DNA from: an uncultured Gammaproteobacteria bacterium
GTDB taxonomy: Bacteria > Pseudomonadota > Gammaproteobacteria > DSM-19610
Direction: 5' to 3'
Assembly: GCA_965603065.1 (NCBI GenBank)
Contig: CBFDBP010000001.1
Span: 1-50,350, forward strand
DNA: 50,350 bases
Program-made: the position numbers and the translations under genes
Shown: one piece after another, positions 36,217 through 47,038 of the stretch
How the letters are laid out: each line of letters begins with the position of its first letter
How positions within the stretch are numbered: position 1 is the first letter of the stretch
Notes under the pieces: generated by a model
What the model saw: only the letters and a program-made list of their open reading frames with translations
Told to the model about the DNA's origin: nothing
Database searches by the model: none

Positions 36217-38754
36217 ATGACCGACGTTACGGTACGACAGTTCGCAGATGTGGTGGGTTTGCCGGTTGATCGCCTTATGGTGCAACTGGATGAAGCCGGC
36301 CTGAAGATTTCCGGTGTGGACGACACTATATCCGATACAGAAAAGATGCAACTTCTGAGCTACCTGCGCAAAAGTCACGGTAAGTCGGACTCTTTGTCGG
36401 TATCACAACCGAAAAAAGTTACGCTGAGACGTAAATCTCACACTGAGCTGCGTACCCCGGTAAGCCGTGGCAGCGCGGCGAAAACCGTCAGTGTTGAAGT
36501 GCGCAAGAAGCGCACCTATGTGAAGCGTGCGGATCTGGTTGCGGAGGAACAGGAAAGGCTGAAACAAGAGGCCGATGAAAAAGCGAAAATTCTGGCCGAA
36601 CGTGAGGCCAGCCTGCAGGCGGAAAAGGATGCCTTGCGCCATGCCGAGGAGCAAGCGGCACGTAAAGCTGAAGAAGAGGTTAAGCGCGCAGAAGATCTGA
36701 AACGTCGTCAGCAGGAAGATGCGACGCGCAAGGCTGATGAAGAGCGCAAGAAAGTCGATAAGGATTCGCTGGCCCAGGCACGTGCAGAACAGGAAGCGCA
36801 GCAACAGAAGTCGGAACAGGACCGTAAAGCAAAACGTCGTGATAGCGGCGATCAGGTCACCAAATATGGCCGCAAGGAACTGCACGTCGCCAAGGGCAAG
36901 GGCGGACGCCGCAAGAAAAAGCGGGCGCCCGGGTCGGCTGTGTCTGTCAAGGCGTCAGGTGAGCATGGTTTTGAGATGCCCACTGCACCGGTCATCCACG
37001 AAGTGGAGATTCCAGAGGCCATTACGGTGTCCGAGCTGGCGCAAAAGATGTCCATAAAGGGCGCAGAGCTGGTCAAGTCACTGATGAAGATGGGCGTCAT
37101 GGCGACGATCAACCAGAGCCTCGATCGGGATACTGCCTCCCTGGTGGTGGAAGAACTGGGTCACATCGCCAAGGCGGCGTCCGATCATGATCTGGAGGCC
37201 GAGATCGAACAACTGGCCGCCGGCGAGGTCACTGGCGAAAAAGTGCCGCGTCCACCGGTGGTCACCATCATGGGACACGTTGACCACGGCAAGACGTCCC
37301 TGCTCGATTATATTCGCAGCACCCGGGTAGCTGCAGGTGAAGCGGGCGGTATTACCCAGCATATTGGCGCCTATCATGTGGAAACCCCGAGGGGCATGAT
37401 CAGTTTCCTGGATACGCCCGGTCATGCCGCCTTTACCGCCATGCGCGCGCGCGGGGCCAAGGTGACGGATATCGTCATCCTGGTCGTCGCCGCCGATGAT
37501 GGTGCCAAGCCACAGACCATCGAGGCGATACAGCACAGTAGAGCCGCAGAAGTGCCCATGGTGATTGCGATCAACAAGATCGATAAACCGGAAGCCGATC
37601 CCGACCGTGTCAAAACCGAATTGGCGCAACAGGACGTGATTCCGGAAGACTGGGGCGGTGATACACAGTTTGTCGAAGTCTCGGCGAAAACCGGTCAGGG
37701 TGTTGACGATCTGCTGGATGCGGTATTACTGCAGACTGAATTGCTGGAATTGACTGCGGTCGAAGACTGCCCGGCCCAGGGTGTCGTTATCGAATCGACC
37801 CTGGATAAAGGCCGTGGCCCTGTGGCCACCGTCCTGGTCCAGAACGGCATGTTGCACAAAGGCGATATATTGACTGCCGGCCAGGAATGGGGTCGTGTGC
37901 GGGCCATGTTCGATGAATCCGGAATGGCGATTGAATCGGCAGGACCTTCCATGCCGGCAGTGGTGTTGGGGCTTTCCGGTACACCGGCCGCGGGTGAAGA
38001 TGCACTGGTGATCAACGACGAACGCAGGGCCCGTGAACTCACCGAGTTCCGCTATCAGAAACAGCGTGAAATCAAGCTGGCGCGTCAGCAGCAGGCCAAG
38101 CTCGAAGACATGTTTGCCAATATGGGTAAAGGTGAGCAGACGACCCTGAATATTATTCTCAAGGCCGACGTGCAGGGCAGTGTGGAAGCCCTGCGTGATT
38201 CGCTGAGCAGCATCGACGCTGCTGAAATATCCGTAAAGATCGTTTCCTCCGGTGTCGGTGGCTTCAATGAAACCGATGCCAATCTGGCGGTAGCCTCCAA
38301 TGCCATAATGATCGGTTTCAATATCCGAGCGGATGCTGCGGCGCGGCGCATTATCGAGGAACACGATATCGATCTGCGCTACTACAGTGTGATATACGAA
38401 GCGATCGATCATGTAAAAGCGGCCCTGTCCGGCATGTTGGCGCCGGAGGTCAGTGAAAACATTATTGGTCTGGCTGAAGTGCGGGATGTCTTCAAGGCAC
38501 CAAAGATCGGTGCTATTGCCGGCTGTATGGTGGTCGAAGGCGTGGTGAGGCGCAGTGCTCCGATTCGTGTATTGCGTGATAATGTCGTTATCTTTGAAGG
38601 TGAGCTGGAATCCTTGCGTCGTTTCAAGGATGACGTCAACGAAGTCCGCAACGGTACTGAATGCGGTATCGGTGTGAGGGGCTATAACGATGTCAAGGCT
38701 GGCGACCAGATCGAGGTCTTCGAGCGGATAGAAACAGCGCGGACGGTGGCATGA
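36217..38754 (+). CDS. infB: Translation initiation factor IF-2
   Basis: [25 protein letters not shown] and SLRRFKDDV. Confidence 0.98.
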   Translation: MTDVTVRQFADVVGLPVDRLMVQLDEAGLKISGVDDTISDTEKMQLLSYLRKSHGKSDSLSVSQPKKVTLRRKSHTELRTPVSRGSAAKTVSVEVRKKRTYVKRADLVAEEQERLKQEADEKAKILAEREASLQAEKDALRHAEEQAARKAEEEVKRAEDLKRRQQEDATRKADEERKKVDKDSLAQARAEQEAQQQKSEQDRKAKRRDSGDQVTKYGRKELHVAKGKGGRRKKKRAPGSAVSVKASGEHGFEMPTAPVIHEVEIPEAITVSELAQKMSIKGAELVKSLMKMGVMATINQSLDRDTASLVVEELGHIAKAASDHDLEAEIEQLAAGEVTGEKVPRPPVVTIMGHVDHGKTSLLDYIRSTRVAAGEAGGITQHIGAYHVETPRGMISFLDTPGHAAFTAMRARGAKVTDIVILVVAADDGAKPQTIEAIQHSRAAEVPMVIAINKIDKPEADPDRVKTELAQQDVIPEDWGGDTQFVEVSAKTGQGVDDLLDAVLLQTELLELTAVEDCPAQGVVIESTLDKGRGPVATVLVQNGMLHKGDILTAGQEWGRVRAMFDESGMAIESAGPSMPAVVLGLSGTPAAGEDALVINDERRARELTEFRYQKQREIKLARQQQAKLEDMFANMGKGEQTTLNIILKADVQGSVEALRDSLSSIDAAEISVKIVSSGVGGFNETDANLAVASNAIMIGFNIRADAAARRIIEEHDIDLRYYSVIYEAIDHVKAALSGMLAPEVSENIIGLAEVRDVFKAPKIGAIAGCMVVEGVVRRSAPIRVLRDNVVIFEGELESLRRFKDDVNEVRNGTECGIGVRGYNDVKAGDQIEVFERIETARTVA

Positions 38755-38801
38755 TCCACCCGACGTTGCCTGTGTAACCCGTAACCAGCGGTCTTTCGTT
38801 T

Positions 38802-39173
38802 ATGCCTCGAGACTTCTCAAGAACGCGCCGGGTTGGCGAGCAGCTGCAGCGTGAACTGGCAACGCTCATCCGGGACGAAATAGACGATCCACGACTCGGT
38901 GGTATGGTCAGTGTCTCGGCGGTGGAGGTGTCGCGTGATCTGTCACACGCAAAGGTGTTTTTTTCCACGCTGGGTGAAGCGTCGGAAGCCGATGCATCCC
39001 TGCAGGTTCTACAGGGTGCGTCAGCTTATCTGAGAAAATTGCTGGGTCAGCGGCTGCATCTACGTCACGTGCCGCAACTGCATTTCAAACAGGACCATTC
39101 CCTGGAGGAAGGGACTCGTATAAGCGCCTTGATCGATGCCGCTATACGCGGCGATCGTGACGAATCCGATTAG
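38802..39173 (+). CDS. rbfA: Ribosome-binding factor A
   Basis: SRTRRVGEQLQREL, DPRL, SRDLSHAKVF and PQLHF. Confidence 0.97.
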   Translation: MPRDFSRTRRVGEQLQRELATLIRDEIDDPRLGGMVSVSAVEVSRDLSHAKVFFSTLGEASEADASLQVLQGASAYLRKLLGQRLHLRHVPQLHFKQDHSLEEGTRISALIDAAIRGDRDESD

Positions 39174-39211
39174 GGCCACGGAAATGGATAGTTATCCATT
39201 TCCGTGGCCCT
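39172..39211. repeat. Perfect 19-bp inverted repeat with 2-nt spacer between rbfA and truB
   Basis: AGGGCCACGGAAATGGATA-gt-TATCCATTTCCGTGGCCCT. Confidence 0.9.
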
Positions 39212-39233
39212 TAATGTGAGGTAAACAAGAATT

Positions 39234-40151
39234 ATGGGGCGACGGCGCGTTAGAGGTCGAGACGTCAACGGTATTCTGTTGCTGGACAAGCCATCGGGTA
39301 TTACATCCAATGAGGCCCTGCAGCAAGTGAAACGCCTTTATTTCGCCAAAAAGGCCGGACATACGGGCAGTCTGGATCCATTGGCGTCCGGCGTGTTGCC
39401 GATCTGTATGGGGGAGGCCACCAAGGTTTCCGCTTTTTTGCTGGATTCTGATAAACGCTATCAGGTGCGGTGTCAGCTGGGTGTTCGAACTGCAACCGCT
39501 GATGCAGAGGGCGAGGTGCTGGAAACCAGGCCGGTGGGCGTCTACAGCCGGCAACAGCTGGAGGCGGTATTGGATGAATTTCGTGGCAGTATTGAACAGA
39601 TTCCACCCATGTATTCAGCGCTTAAACATCAGGGGCAGCGCCTGTACAAGCTGGCGCGCCAGGGTGTCGAAGTGGAGCGAGAGCCACGACCGGTGGACAT
39701 CTATGAGCTGATTGTGGCCGGCCAGGGTGAAGACTGGCTCGACATCAGTGTGCACTGCTCGAAAGGCACCTATGTCCGTACGCTTGCCGAGGATATCGGG
39801 GGCAGGCTCGGCTGTGGTGCCCACGTATCTGCTCTCAGACGCACCGCCGTGGGGCCGTATGGCGACGATAAGCTGGTTGGCCTGGAAATGCTCAGGGAGT
39901 TGAAAGAAAAGGATATGCCTGCGATGGATGAGCTGTTGTTGCCCATCGAATCGGCGCTAAGTCAGTGGCCTGATGTTGATTTGTCCGCGGATGCGGCCTT
40001 TTACCTGCAGCAGGGGCAGCCTGTGCTGGTGGCGCATGCACCCACCAGCGGCTGGGTTCGTCTCTATGAGGGCAACCGCAGCTTTCTCGGTATGGGAGAG
40101 ATTCTGGATGATGGACGGGTGGCGCCCAGAAGGTTGATGAAAAGTGCCTGA
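39234..40151 (+). CDS. truB: tRNA pseudouridine(55) synthase
   Basis: LDKP, KAGHTGSLDP, PPMYSALK and CSKGTYVR. Confidence 0.98.
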   Translation: MGRRRVRGRDVNGILLLDKPSGITSNEALQQVKRLYFAKKAGHTGSLDPLASGVLPICMGEATKVSAFLLDSDKRYQVRCQLGVRTATADAEGEVLETRPVGVYSRQQLEAVLDEFRGSIEQIPPMYSALKHQGQRLYKLARQGVEVEREPRPVDIYELIVAGQGEDWLDISVHCSKGTYVRTLAEDIGGRLGCGAHVSALRRTAVGPYGDDKLVGLEMLRELKEKDMPAMDELLLPIESALSQWPDVDLSADAAFYLQQGQPVLVAHAPTSGWVRLYEGNRSFLGMGEILDDGRVAPRRLMKSA

Positions 40152-40161
40152 GCTATTCGGG

Positions 40162-40228
40162 CACGGAAGACACGGAAATCCCGGAAATTTCCTGTCATCG
40201 GTTGTTTGGATTCCGGGTTTTTCGTGGC
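40162..40228. repeat. Imperfect palindrome built from 9-bp CACGGAAA-type units
   Basis: CACGGAAGA-CACGGAAAT-CCCGGAAAT (40162-40188) faces TTCCGGGTT-TTTCGTGGC (40211-40228). Confidence 0.7.
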
Positions 40229-40235
40229 TAAGATA

Positions 40236-40264
40236 TTGATGCAACAGGGTTAGGCGGTTAGAAT
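40236..40264 (+). promoter_or_regulatory. Sigma70 promoter of rpsO-pnp
   Basis: TTGATG-17 bp-TAGAAT. Confidence 0.65.
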
Positions 40265-40325
40265 ACCGGGCCTTCGTCTGGCCTGTTCGCTGGACGTGAT
40301 TTTTAGACCGATTTTGGAGTTAACA

Positions 40326-40595
40326 ATGGCTTTATCAACCGAACAGAAACAACAGATTGTAAATGATTATCAGCGCTCGCAGGGCGATACCGGTTCGCCT
40401 GAAGTTCAGGTTGCGTTGCTGACGGCAAATATTCAGGAGCTGACACCGCATTTTCAGCAGCACAAGCACGACCACCATTCCCGCCAGGGCCTGCTGCGTA
40501 TGGTCAGTAACCGCCGTAAGTTGCTTGATTACCTGAAAGGCAAAGACGTGAGCCGTTATCAGGATCTGATCGCTCGTCTGGGCCTGCGTCGCTAA
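40326..40595 (+). CDS. rpsO: 30S ribosomal protein S15
   Basis: [13 protein letters not shown] and [10 protein letters not shown]; GGAG RBS before the ATG at 40326. Confidence 0.98.
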   Translation: MALSTEQKQQIVNDYQRSQGDTGSPEVQVALLTANIQELTPHFQQHKHDHHSRQGLLRMVSNRRKLLDYLKGKDVSRYQDLIARLGLRR

Positions 40596-40646
40596 TCGAA
40601 CTCAGTTTATAAACCAACCGCTGTAGTTAGCAGTGAGGATTAACTA

Positions 40647-42734
40647 GTGAACCCCATTAAAAAATCGTTCCAGTACGGTAGCCATACCGTCACCTTTGAA
40701 ACCGGTGAAATCGCCCGCCAAGCCTCGGGGGCAGTCATGGTCAGCATGGGCGATACCATGGTATTTGTCACTGCGGTTGGTTTGAAACGCGGCTCTGAAG
40801 GGCGGGATTTTTTCCCGCTTACCGTCGACTACCAGGAGCGCACCTATGCCGCTGGTGCTATTCCAGGCGGGTTTTTTCGGCGTGAAGGCCGGCCCAGCGA
40901 AAACGAAACGCTGCTGTGTCGGCTGATTGATCGCCCGATCCGGCCGCTGTTCCCCAAGGGCTTCACTAACGAAGTTCAGATTATCGCTACCGTGATGTCG
41001 TTGGATCCTGAAGTCAATCCGGATATCCCCGCCCTGCTGGGCGCATCGGCGGCCTGTTCGATTTCCGGTCTCCCATTCAGCGGGCCGGTGGGTGCGGCAC
41101 GCGTTGGTTACATCGACGGTGAGTATGTGTTGAATCCGGATCAAGGCCAGCTGGAAAACTCAGACCTGAATCTGGTGGTGGCGGGTACGGCTAAAGCGGT
41201 ATTGATGGTCGAGTCTGAAGCCAAAGAACTTCTGGAAGACGTCATGCTGGGTTCGGTGGTTTTCGGCCACGAGCAGATGCAGACTGCAATCAGCGCGATA
41301 CATGAACTGGCCGCAGAAGTGAATGCACCGGCCTGGGAGTGGCAAGCTGCCGTGAGTAACGAAGAACTGACCAAAGCGGTCGCCGATGCCGGTGCAAGCG
41401 CTTTTGGCGAGGCCTACCAGATTGCCGACAAACAGGCGCGTTATGAACGGTTGAGCAGTATACGTACTGAAACCAGCGATAAGCTGGTCAGTGATGAAGA
41501 CGGTGGCCCCAGCGCCGAAGACATTCGTGGTGCGATGGATAAGTTGGAGAAGAGTATCGTTCGCAGCCGCATTATCGAAGGTCAGCCCCGCATTGACGGC
41601 CGCGACACAAAGACGGTTCGGCCGATCACGGTTCGCACCGGTGTGCTGCCGAGAACCCACGGCTCCGCATTGTTCACCCGCGGTGAAACCCAGGCCCTGG
41701 TTGTGACGACCCTGGGCACTGAGCGTGATGCACAGATCATCGATGCATTGCAGGGTTCATATCGCGAAAGGTTTATGCTGCACTATAACTTCCCACCTTA
41801 CTGTGTCGGCGAAACCGGTCGTGTCGGCAGTCCCAAACGTCGGGAAATCGGTCATGGGCGTCTGGCCAAGCGCGGTATTCTCGCAGTCATGCCCGATGCC
41901 GAAACGTTCCCGTACACCATTCGTGTGGTATCGGAGATCACCGAATCCAACGGCTCCAGTTCCATGGCCAGTGTTTGTGGCAGCAGTCTCTCCATGATGG
42001 ATGCCGGTGTACCGCTGTCAGCCCCCGTTGCCGGTGTCGCAATGGGTCTGATCAAGGAGGGCGATAATTACGCCGTTCTGACCGATATCATGGGTGATGA
42101 AGATCACTTGGGTGACATGGACTTCAAGGTTGCCGGTACAGAGAAAGGTGTCAACGCCCTGCAGATGGATATCAAGATTGATGGCATTACCAATGAAATC
42201 ATGGAGACCGCTCTTGCACAGGCGCAGGAAGCACGCCTGCATATCCTTGGTGAGATGAACAAAGCGATCAGCGTGCCGCGTGAAGACATGTCGGAATATG
42301 CCCCGCGCTACATCACTATGAAGATCAACCCGGATCGCATCCGCGACGTGATTGGCAAGGGTGGCGCGACCATCCGTGCGCTGACCGAGGAAACCGGTGC
42401 CAGTATCGATATCGATGACAGTGGTGTCGTAAAGATTGCTTCCGTGGATCATGCAGCCGGTGAAGAATGCCGCCGCCGCATCGAACAGCTGACCGCCGAC
42501 GTCGAGGTTGGATCTGTCTATGAGGGAAAGGTGGCCAAGTTGATGGACTTTGGCGCATTCGTGACCATACTGCCGGGCAAAGACGGTCTGGTACACATTT
42601 CCCAGATCAGTGATGAGCGCGTAGAGAAGGTCAGCGACAAGCTGTCCGAGGGCGACACCATCAAGGTCAAAGTGCTGGAAGTCGACAAGCAGGGTCGAAT
42701 CCGCCTGAGCATGAAGGCCGTTGGTGAAAACTAG
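40647..42734 (+). CDS. pnp: Polyribonucleotide nucleotidyltransferase
   Basis: [41 protein letters not shown] and S1 domains. Confidence 0.98.
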   Translation: MNPIKKSFQYGSHTVTFETGEIARQASGAVMVSMGDTMVFVTAVGLKRGSEGRDFFPLTVDYQERTYAAGAIPGGFFRREGRPSENETLLCRLIDRPIRPLFPKGFTNEVQIIATVMSLDPEVNPDIPALLGASAACSISGLPFSGPVGAARVGYIDGEYVLNPDQGQLENSDLNLVVAGTAKAVLMVESEAKELLEDVMLGSVVFGHEQMQTAISAIHELAAEVNAPAWEWQAAVSNEELTKAVADAGASAFGEAYQIADKQARYERLSSIRTETSDKLVSDEDGGPSAEDIRGAMDKLEKSIVRSRIIEGQPRIDGRDTKTVRPITVRTGVLPRTHGSALFTRGETQALVVTTLGTERDAQIIDALQGSYRERFMLHYNFPPYCVGETGRVGSPKRREIGHGRLAKRGILAVMPDAETFPYTIRVVSEITESNGSSSMASVCGSSLSMMDAGVPLSAPVAGVAMGLIKEGDNYAVLTDIMGDEDHLGDMDFKVAGTEKGVNALQMDIKIDGITNEIMETALAQAQEARLHILGEMNKAISVPREDMSEYAPRYITMKINPDRIRDVIGKGGATIRALTEETGASIDIDDSGVVKIASVDHAAGEECRRRIEQLTADVEVGSVYEGKVAKLMDFGAFVTILPGKDGLVHISQISDERVEKVSDKLSEGDTIKVKVLEVDKQGRIRLSMKAVGEN

Positions 42735-42744
42735 CCGTTAGTCC

Positions 42745-42800
42745 AGGGTCAAAAAGGCAGTCACCGCGGATAGATTCAGTGGTGGCTGTACCTTGACCTT
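42745..42800. terminator. Hairpin between convergent pnp and CBS genes
   Basis: CAGTCACCGC/GTGGTGGCTG stem with an upstream A-tract, extended by AGGGTCAA/TTGACCTT. Confidence 0.5.
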
Positions 42801-42809
42801 GCTGACCCT

Positions 42810-43328
42810 TTAGGCCTCACGCGCAAGCTCGGCAGCCTTTCCGAACGAGTTGCGAAGAACTTCCACCATGTCCAAAGCCGTGACGACACCCGAGATCTTT
42901 TTGTTGTGCGTCACAAACAAGCGGTGGATATGCCCTTTGACCATGGTGTCGGCCGCTTCCTCGATACTGGCATTCTCATCCACTTCGAAAATCATGGGTG
43001 TCATGAGATCCCTCACGGTAGCCGATGATTCCTGCTCCGCATGAAAGCCGGTGGCTTCTTCCTGAGTAACCTGCATTTCCAGGGTGTGAAGATAGTACTC
43101 ATGCGTATCGTGTACCTCAGCCCGGCTTTCCGGCATGCTGTCATAGCGTACGATGTCGGTCAGTGATACCACACCAATAAGCTCACCATCTTCCGATGTA
43201 ACCGGTGCTCCGGATATCTGGTTGTCGGTGAGGAAGCGCGCCAGTCGGTGCAGGGGCCAGCTGTCCTCGGCAGAGAGAACGTCACGCTGCATGATACTGC
43301 TTACGGTGGTTACGGTGTCTGCATTCAT
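42810..43328 (-). CDS. CBS-pair protein
   Basis: ISGAPV...LIGVVSLTD, VRDLMTP and IHRLFV...GVVTALD. Confidence 0.9.
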   Translation of the reverse strand: MNADTVTTVSSIMQRDVLSAEDSWPLHRLARFLTDNQISGAPVTSEDGELIGVVSLTDIVRYDSMPESRAEVHDTHEYYLHTLEMQVTQEEATGFHAEQESSATVRDLMTPMIFEVDENASIEEAADTMVKGHIHRLFVTHNKKISGVVTALDMVEVLRNSFGKAAELAREA

Positions 43329-43356
43329 CGTTTGCTACTCCTGTGCTCCTGTTTAC

Positions 43357-43398
43357 AGCTTAGCAGGCTGACTATTCTAGCGACTTGATCCTGGTAAA
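43357..43398 (-). promoter_or_regulatory. FNR-type class II promoter for the CBS gene
   Basis: TTGAT-cctg-GTAAA at 43385-43398 and extended -10 TGcTAAGCT at 43365-43357, with the box centre at -41.5. Confidence 0.55.
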
Positions 43399-43441
43399 TC
43401 CCGGTTCGCTAAAGCGCCTGATGCCGTGATTGGTGAATCAG

Positions 43442-44392
43442 TCAGAATTCGGCTTCTTCAATTTGCAGGTAGGTCAGGCTGATATGTTTGCCGAGTTCTG
43501 CATCGAATCCTGACCAGTCGGCATAGTCTTTCAGTGCTTCCGCGACTTGCGGTTTCATTTCAAAATCACTCATGCCCTCGTCGTAGTAATGTTTTACGCT
43601 CGAATAGAGAATTTCCAGATAGCTGCGGAAACGCTCGGGTACGGATTTATCGCCGGTCGGGCCGTGACCCGGGACATAGACGGACGAGTTGGTCTCGAGT
43701 ATTTTCGTACAGGCCTGGATATTGCCCTGGATATTACCATCATCGATGCGGGGTAAGCGTTCATTGAGGGCGTTATCTCCCAGGAACGTCACCGAGGCTT
43801 CTACGATTTCCACCATGATATCCGAAGTCGTGTGTGCTTTGCCGTAATAATGGATACGGAAGGTGTGCTCCCCGATGCGGAATTCATCACCGTGATTCAC
43901 GGCTTTACTTGGGCTGACGACTTTCGTGCCCCGGGTTTTCCCTTCGGTAACCCGCTCCATGAGTTCAACCCAGTTTTGACCTTCGCCGGCGTTGATCAAT
44001 TCGATCATGTTGGGGTGACCGTAGATGGGGGTTTGCGGGTAGGCGGCTCTGACGGCCTGATTGCCGAGCCAGTGATCGCCGTGGATATGCGAGTTGAAGA
44101 CAGCGACAACCGGCTTATCCGAGACCTTTCTCACAGCGCGCAATACCATTTCACCGGACTGAACACTGGAGCCTGGATCCAGGATAACAACGCCCTTTGA
44201 GGTCACAACAAAACCAGGGTTATTCATAAACCCCTGGTTCTTCGGGTTGGGCAATTCCAGCGGACCGTGTATCACATAAATATTCTCGGCGATCCGGTCA
44301 GCGGGGTAATCCGGGACTTCGGGTGCTGTCTCTGCCAGCGCAGCAAAAGGAAGCCAGAGAATCAGGGCAAAAGCCTGTTTCAGTCGCAACAT
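43442..44392 (-). CDS. Periplasmic MBL-fold metallohydrolase (SoxH-like)
   Basis: Signal peptide (ALA), NQGFMNN, SHIHGDHWLGN, AHTTSD, GD and PGHG. Confidence 0.85.
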   Translation of the reverse strand: MLRLKQAFALILWLPFAALAETAPEVPDYPADRIAENIYVIHGPLELPNPKNQGFMNNPGFVVTSKGVVILDPGSSVQSGEMVLRAVRKVSDKPVVAVFNSHIHGDHWLGNQAVRAAYPQTPIYGHPNMIELINAGEGQNWVELMERVTEGKTRGTKVVSPSKAVNHGDEFRIGEHTFRIHYYGKAHTTSDIMVEIVEASVTFLGDNALNERLPRIDDGNIQGNIQACTKILETNSSVYVPGHGPTGDKSVPERFRSYLEILYSSVKHYYDEGMSDFEMKPQVAEALKDYADWSGFDAELGKHISLTYLQIEEAEF

Positions 44393-44504
44393 GATGCAGG
44401 GTCTCCTGTGATGTCTTTTCTGTCTGGTGGTGTGATATGTTAAATAGCATAACCGGCCAGTTGATTAGCAGTATCCATCCTTTATGGCGTGCAGTGCAAA
44501 TAGA

Positions 44505-44527
44505 AAAAGGGGCTTTTAACCCCTTTT
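44505..44527. terminator. Intrinsic terminator (possibly bidirectional)
   Basis: AAAAGGGG-cttttaa-CCCCTTTT downstream of the beta-propeller gene. Confidence 0.6.
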
Positions 44528-44565
44528 GTTCTTGTTGTCCCCGCTAGCGAGGCTTTGAAAATGGT

Positions 44566-45921
44566 CTAGTGGACAGATGCGTTATCCAGGACTGTGTACA
44601 GCTGGTCCAGGGTGTCGTATTGCACCTGCATCACGCCGTTATCCTGTTTTTTGCCGATATTGCGCTTGTTCCAGATCAACTTGCCTGTCCTGGCGTTGTA
44701 GACACGCAGCAGGCCGCCCTTACAGCCGACGGCCACCCGCGAACTGTCCGGAGAGATATCGGTGACACAGCGTTTGCCTTCGGTCATGGAATTTGTGACT
44801 TCGAGTTCGGTGCGCTTGCCGTTTTCGGTGCTCAGCAGTACAACCTTGTCAGCTTTGCCATAAGAATGCGGCAGGCCATCGTCACCGAACATGATCAGCG
44901 AGCGTTTGGGTATGACAATTGAAAAGTAGCTCAAGTCTGGTGCAACCTTGACACTGGAAATGCGGCGAGGCTTGTGGGCTTCACCTTCAGCCCATTTCAG
45001 AACTTGCTCGGTGCCGGATTCAATATCATAAATATTGCGCAGAGAGATCAGCTTTTTGCCATCCGTGCTGAACTGCAGCGTGCTGAACTGGCGGGGAATC
45101 GTGAATTCGCTGTCTTCATAGGTCTCAACAACACGTTGTTTACCGGTGTCCAGGTCCATGACAGCGAAGCGGTCATTACCCACGAAGGCGATGCGTTTTC
45201 CACTGTCGGTAATACCCAGCGCGTACACACCGGCGTCAATATGTTCTACCGACTCAGTGACCTTGAATTTGGCGAGGTCCATGATATGCAGGTCAGAACG
45301 ATATTTAAAACCAGGATTTTGGCCATCTTTGGCTGCCGTTGTCTTACAGGTATTCACAACAATGGCTGCATAGTGGCCGTTGTTGGAGGGAACGACAGGG
45401 CCTATGTAATCATGGAAGCCGGTTTTCGGATCACAGTTACCTTTCTCTTTGCGCAGCTGCGAAAATTCAATGCGGTTGGCTCGCTTGGCGGAGAAATCCA
45501 TATAGCCGCCGATGAACCCGGGCATCTGGACGTGATCATTGTTCACCATGCGTCCCAGTGAACTCGGTAGTACCAGAACCTTGCCATTGGGATAGGTTCC
45601 GTTCAGCACGACATCCTTGAAGTTACTGATACCCCAGCGGCTGCTGCCGACACGACCGTACTGTTGACCGAATATGTTGTCCAGGTCCGAACGCTGACCG
45701 AGAGCTTCTTCCAGGGTACCTGTTTCGCTGTTCCAGATTTTTATTCCGCCGGAGTGTTCCTGTGTATCGGCCAGAGTAAAACCACTGGCGCCACCGGTGA
45801 CCAGGTGTTTACCGTCCTCGGAAAAGTGGATCGAGTAAATGTCTTCTTCCGTAGCGTTAAGCGTTCCGGAAAACAGGCTCAGGCAAACTGCGGTGGTCGT
45901 GAACAGGTGTGCTAAATTCAT
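44566..45921 (-). CDS. Secreted WD40-like beta-propeller protein
   Basis: Signal peptide; IYSIHFSEDGKHLVTGG, IKIWN, FSTDGKKL and ISPDSSRVAVGCKGGLLRVYN repeats. Confidence 0.8.
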   Translation of the reverse strand: MNLAHLFTTTAVCLSLFSGTLNATEEDIYSIHFSEDGKHLVTGGASGFTLADTQEHSGGIKIWNSETGTLEEALGQRSDLDNIFGQQYGRVGSSRWGISNFKDVVLNGTYPNGKVLVLPSSLGRMVNNDHVQMPGFIGGYMDFSAKRANRIEFSQLRKEKGNCDPKTGFHDYIGPVVPSNNGHYAAIVVNTCKTTAAKDGQNPGFKYRSDLHIMDLAKFKVTESVEHIDAGVYALGITDSGKRIAFVGNDRFAVMDLDTGKQRVVETYEDSEFTIPRQFSTLQFSTDGKKLISLRNIYDIESGTEQVLKWAEGEAHKPRRISSVKVAPDLSYFSIVIPKRSLIMFGDDGLPHSYGKADKVVLLSTENGKRTELEVTNSMTEGKRCVTDISPDSSRVAVGCKGGLLRVYNARTGKLIWNKRNIGKKQDNGVMQVQYDTLDQLYTVLDNASVH

Positions 45922-46060
45922 AGGGTATAGCCCCAACGCTGTCTATGTTGATGTGCCGGTACCGGAACTGCTGGAGCCGGGGCGCTCATCTCAAAATTGG
46001 CGCCAATGCATTGACGCCTCAGTCGGAATGAGGTATCGGCTGAGTGTCATGTTGCTTGAG

Positions 46061-47026
46061 TCAGGGTGCCTGGAGATAAGTGCAGACCCGCGCATCGATC
46101 CAGTAGCGAGGTTTCCACGGCAATATACCGCCCACAAATCCGACGTGTCCACCGGATTCGCTAAGCTCCAGTTGCACACCGGGGCCCAGTTCATCATCCT
46201 CCGGGACAGCAGCCGGTGTCATGAACGGATCATCGAGTGCATGCAGGATCAAGGTGGGAGTTTTGATGTTTTTTATGAAGGGACGGCTACTGGCACGTCG
46301 ATAGTAATCATCGACACCGTCAAAGCCGTGTAAGGGTGCGGTGACCTGGTCATCGAATTGACGAAACGATTTGACCCGGGATAAACAATTGACGTCGATT
46401 GGTAACGCCATGCGTGCTGCTTTGCTACGGGTTGACCGACGCAGTTTGTACAGGAGATGGGCCTGATAGAGTCTGGATACTCCGCGTTCCAGTCTGTGTG
46501 CGGCGATATGGAGTTCAAAAGGCACAGAGATGGCAACTGCTTTCTTTACCAGTGTCTGGTCCGGGTTTTCACCCAGCCATTTTAAAAGCACATTTCCACC
46601 CAGAGAGGTGCCGACCGTATAGACAGGGCGTTGTGGGTTTTGTTTCACCAGCCGCCCCAGAATCGTATCAACATCATCGGTATCACCTGAGTGATAGCTT
46701 CTCGGCAGACGGTTGGGTTCGCCGCTGCAACCACGAAAATTAAGCAGCACGACCTGAAAACCACAACGGCTGAGCGAATTCATCAAACCCGTGGCGTAAT
46801 GCGAACGAATCGATCCCTCCAGGCCGTGCAGCAAAAGCACCAGTGGGCCGCTGTTGTTTCCGCTCCAGTCGATGTCGAGGAAATCACCATCATCCAGTTC
46901 TATGCGCTCACGAGTGAGCGCGGGCAGGCTCTGCTTACGGAAGATGTGCGGAAACAGTGTCTGTAAATGGGGCCCGGGCAGCCACCAGGCCGGTTTGAAG
47001 ACGCTGGATGGCTGCATTTTGTCCAA
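46061..47026 (-). CDS. YheT-family alpha/beta hydrolase
   Basis: HLQT, HGLEGS, RGCSG, YHSG, GTSLGG, DDPFM and GGHVGF. Confidence 0.92.
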   Translation of the reverse strand: MDKMQPSSVFKPAWWLPGPHLQTLFPHIFRKQSLPALTRERIELDDGDFLDIDWSGNNSGPLVLLLHGLEGSIRSHYATGLMNSLSRCGFQVVLLNFRGCSGEPNRLPRSYHSGDTDDVDTILGRLVKQNPQRPVYTVGTSLGGNVLLKWLGENPDQTLVKKAVAISVPFELHIAAHRLERGVSRLYQAHLLYKLRRSTRSKAARMALPIDVNCLSRVKSFRQFDDQVTAPLHGFDGVDDYYRRASSRPFIKNIKTPTLILHALDDPFMTPAAVPEDDELGPGVQLELSESGGHVGFVGGILPWKPRYWIDARVCTYLQAP

Positions 47027-47038
47027 TGGATAGATATC

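Noticed and set aside
40279-40292. 14-bp match CTGGCCTGTTCGCT shared with the hairpin at 31060-31073
   Set aside because: Several chance 14-mer matches are expected within 50 kb, and there is no flanking similarity.
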